From assembly GCF_001194135.2 (NCBI RefSeq), contig NC_068995.1, forward strand, positions 1,262,187 to 1,326,186: 64,000 nt of DNA. Reading direction: 5' to 3'. A program made the translations under genes and the position numbers. Positions 61,529 through 64,000 of this stretch are shown here, one piece after another. The stretch comes from Octopus bimaculoides. Lineage: Eukaryota. How positions within the stretch are numbered: the stretch's first letter is position 1; each line of letters opens with the position of its first letter. Under the pieces are notes generated by a model. That model ran no database searches. It was given only the letters and a program-made list of their open reading frames with translations, and was not told where the DNA came from.

Positions 61529-62639
61529 CTGTGAATGAGTGTGACACACGCACACACAAACACATGCATATATACATACATACATGCAGATACACACGTG
61601 TATATGTGTGTAAAACAACGAAATCCGGGTCTTGACCAGAATATATGTGTGTGTGTGATATCTACACACCCACACAGACACCCACGGTGTAAAACGACTT
61701 CATGTAACACTAGGCGGTCACACGACCTGCTGAAGATAACAGCCAAATTCACTCCAATCATAACCTACCGGTCTTTCAAGAGACCAACCAACATGTTGAC
61801 CAGTATAGTCCAAGGTAGATATACAACATGAAAGGAGGGATGGTTACAGTTGGAACGCCTTTAATAACAGAACTGAACAATCAGGGTTTACTTGGGACTA
61901 AACAATAACGACCAATATATATTTCACTTCCTTCTCCTTTGGCAACAAATAAACTACGTACAGATATATGTTCAGTTTACGCACACACACNNNNNNNNNN
62001 ATATATATATATATATATATATATATACTCTAACGTATACATATACACACAAGCATGGATACATACATACATACACATATATATACCCATACACACTTCT
62101 ACGAACGATCAAACTGAATTAAAAGTTCTAAGTCTTCTTCGTCGATTTGTAATTTCATATTTACACACATACGCATGTATATATTTATGTCATTATATAA
62201 CTATTTCAATATACACACCTTTCTATGTGTGTATATATACATATATATATTATATATATATATACATACATATATATATTTAATATATATACACACATAT
62301 ACATTGTGTGCCCGCTATTGTATGTATACACGTATATATATATACATGTGTGTGTATATATTTATATACACACATATATACATACATGTGTGTGCGTCTT
62401 TAATAAAATGGTTTGCAGCAAAACTCAAAAAAAAAATTAAAAAATTAAAAATAAATCTAAAAAAACTGAACAAAACCACAAACAGAGAAATGTTAAATCT
62501 CCCCAACGTCTCACTCACCGCACACAAAATACCAGTCTATATACAACACATACACGATATGACATATTATACGGTATATACAGCCACATATATATATCCA
62601 GTGTGTTTATAAAATCGAATCTAAATCTGTTTTACTTAC

Positions 62640-62800
62640 ACTGTCGCTAGCAAGGCTTATAGGGCGCAGCCATGTTTACCTGATTCCGCCAATTGCCGGA
62701 TAGCATCGACTTCGGTGTTCGGCTATCTCCGTCGAAAACCGGCGACGGTTAAGAGTTGGAGGGACCGCAACGGAGATTTCTCTTTCTCTCCTGTGGCTTC
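62640..62800 (-). promoter_or_regulatory. CpG-rich island, probable first non-coding exon/promoter of the C2H2 gene
   Basis: Most GC/CpG-rich unique patch in the right half of the window; consensus donor gacagt|GTAAGT at 62640/62639; contains AACATGGCTGCG (YY1-like). Linkage to the ZNF gene is inferred. Confidence 0.5.
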
Positions 62801-63211
62801 AAAAGATTAGCAAAATAAATAAATAAATAAATAAACAGATACGCACGCACGCACGCGCACACACACACGCACGTACGCACGCATGTATAAGATCATAGGG
62901 GTTAATTAGAGGGCGACGTTATACACATTAAAGACAATAATTAGGTTTTGTGTTCACATATCCAATGTAATGAAAAGCAAAAATCCATTGAGAAAAATAG
63001 TTATAGGATGAGGGGGGAAAAACTCACTTAGGATATATATGTATGTATGTGTGTTTGTATCTATGGTTGTATGTATATATATGTGTGTGTGTATGTGTGT
63101 GTGTGCGTGTTCTGGTATTGATCAATCCATTTTCCCCAATAAAATCTTTATTCTCCAAAGCTTTGGCATTCTTTCCCTCTTACAAGTGGCATTTGACAGT
63201 ATGCATCCAAA

Positions 63212-63268
<57 letters not shown>

Positions 63269-63708
63269 AGTCTGTCTGCCTATCTGTCTATCTATCACAC
63301 ACACACACACACACATATATGTATATATACACACATATATATATATATACATGTATACATACATAGACACACATGTATATATATATATACACACACACAC
63401 GCAAACACATACATACTCACACACATGTACATGTGCGTGTATAGTTTACACACACCCACTCAAATGTTTTCGTTTGAAGAGAAATTGGGAATAGAAATAG
63501 AGTCACCACCACCACCACCACCATTGTCATACTCTTGTCAACATCATCATCACCATTTTCACTACTGTTGCAACCATCATCATCATCATCGTAACCACTA
63601 TCAACAACTCAACCACGTAGTTTTACATTGATTCATATTTTTACATGGACCTACACATACACGCACACACACACATGTACATACATACGTATGTGTGTGT
63701 GTGTGTTT

Positions 63709-64000
63709 CATCATCATCATCATCGTTTAACGTCCGCTTTCCATGCTGGCATGGGTTGGACGATTTGACTGAGGACTGGTGAAACCGGATGGCAACACCA
63801 GGCTCCAATCTAATTTGGCAGAGTTTCTACAGCTGGATGCCCTTCCTAACGCCAACCACTCTGAGAGTGTAGTGGGTGCTTTTACGTGTCACCTGCACGA
63901 GGGCCAGTCAGGCGGTACTGGCAACGGCCACGCTCAAAATGGTGCATCCCATGTGCCACCCGCACAGGAGCCAGTCCAGGGGCACTGGCAACGATCTCAC
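63709..64000 (-). mobile_element. Young-looking repeat with RTE-like 3' tail (runs off the window)
   Basis: (CAT)n cgtttaacgtccgctttccatgctggcatgggttggacg...ctggatgcccttcctaacgccaacc; CpG-rich, so little decay. Confidence 0.75.

Noticed and set aside
44291-63631. Dozens of ORF-track entries rich in IYIY, CVCV, HTHT, SLSL or X
   Set aside because: They are translations of dinucleotide microsatellites or N gaps, with no domain motifs or splice support. The same applies to similar ORFs at 538-2407 and 10454-11428.

Overview
AT-rich, microsatellite-dense animal genomic DNA with 11 assembly gaps. Repeat families, intron style and gene content suggest an octopus or other coleoid cephalopod (inference only). 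Four protein-coding genes were rebuilt exon by exon with GT-AG junctions and consistent phases. (1) KLHL12 on the minus strand, CDS 9762 to 1716, 9 visible coding exons plus one missing exon that should lie in the 4578-4870 gap. (2) Tafazzin on the minus strand, 25527 to 18346, 8 exons, 262 aa. (3) DNA polymerase kappa on the plus strand, 27549-38465, 11 exons, about 1339 aa, head-to-head with tafazzin. (4) A single-coding-exon C2H2 zinc-finger gene on the minus strand, 55460 to 53616, with probable non-coding 5' exons up to about 62.8 kb. Mobile DNA includes decayed RTE LINEs, an R4/Dong-like LINE, several tRNA-derived SINE families and TTAA-flanked piggyBac-like MITEs. The most interesting observations are: a type I hammerhead-ribozyme-like motif in a roughly 351-nt direct-repeat unit inside a KLHL12 intron (retrozyme/Penelope-like); a candidate restorative A-to-I Q/R editing site at the last base of a 33-nt POLK micro-exon; a Cys-rich insert and a 17-aa tandem repeat expansion in POLK; and Dong-like LINE ends sitting tail-to-tail with SINEs in (TAA)n arrays. 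Repeat boundaries are approximate, and comparisons with human proteins are from memory.
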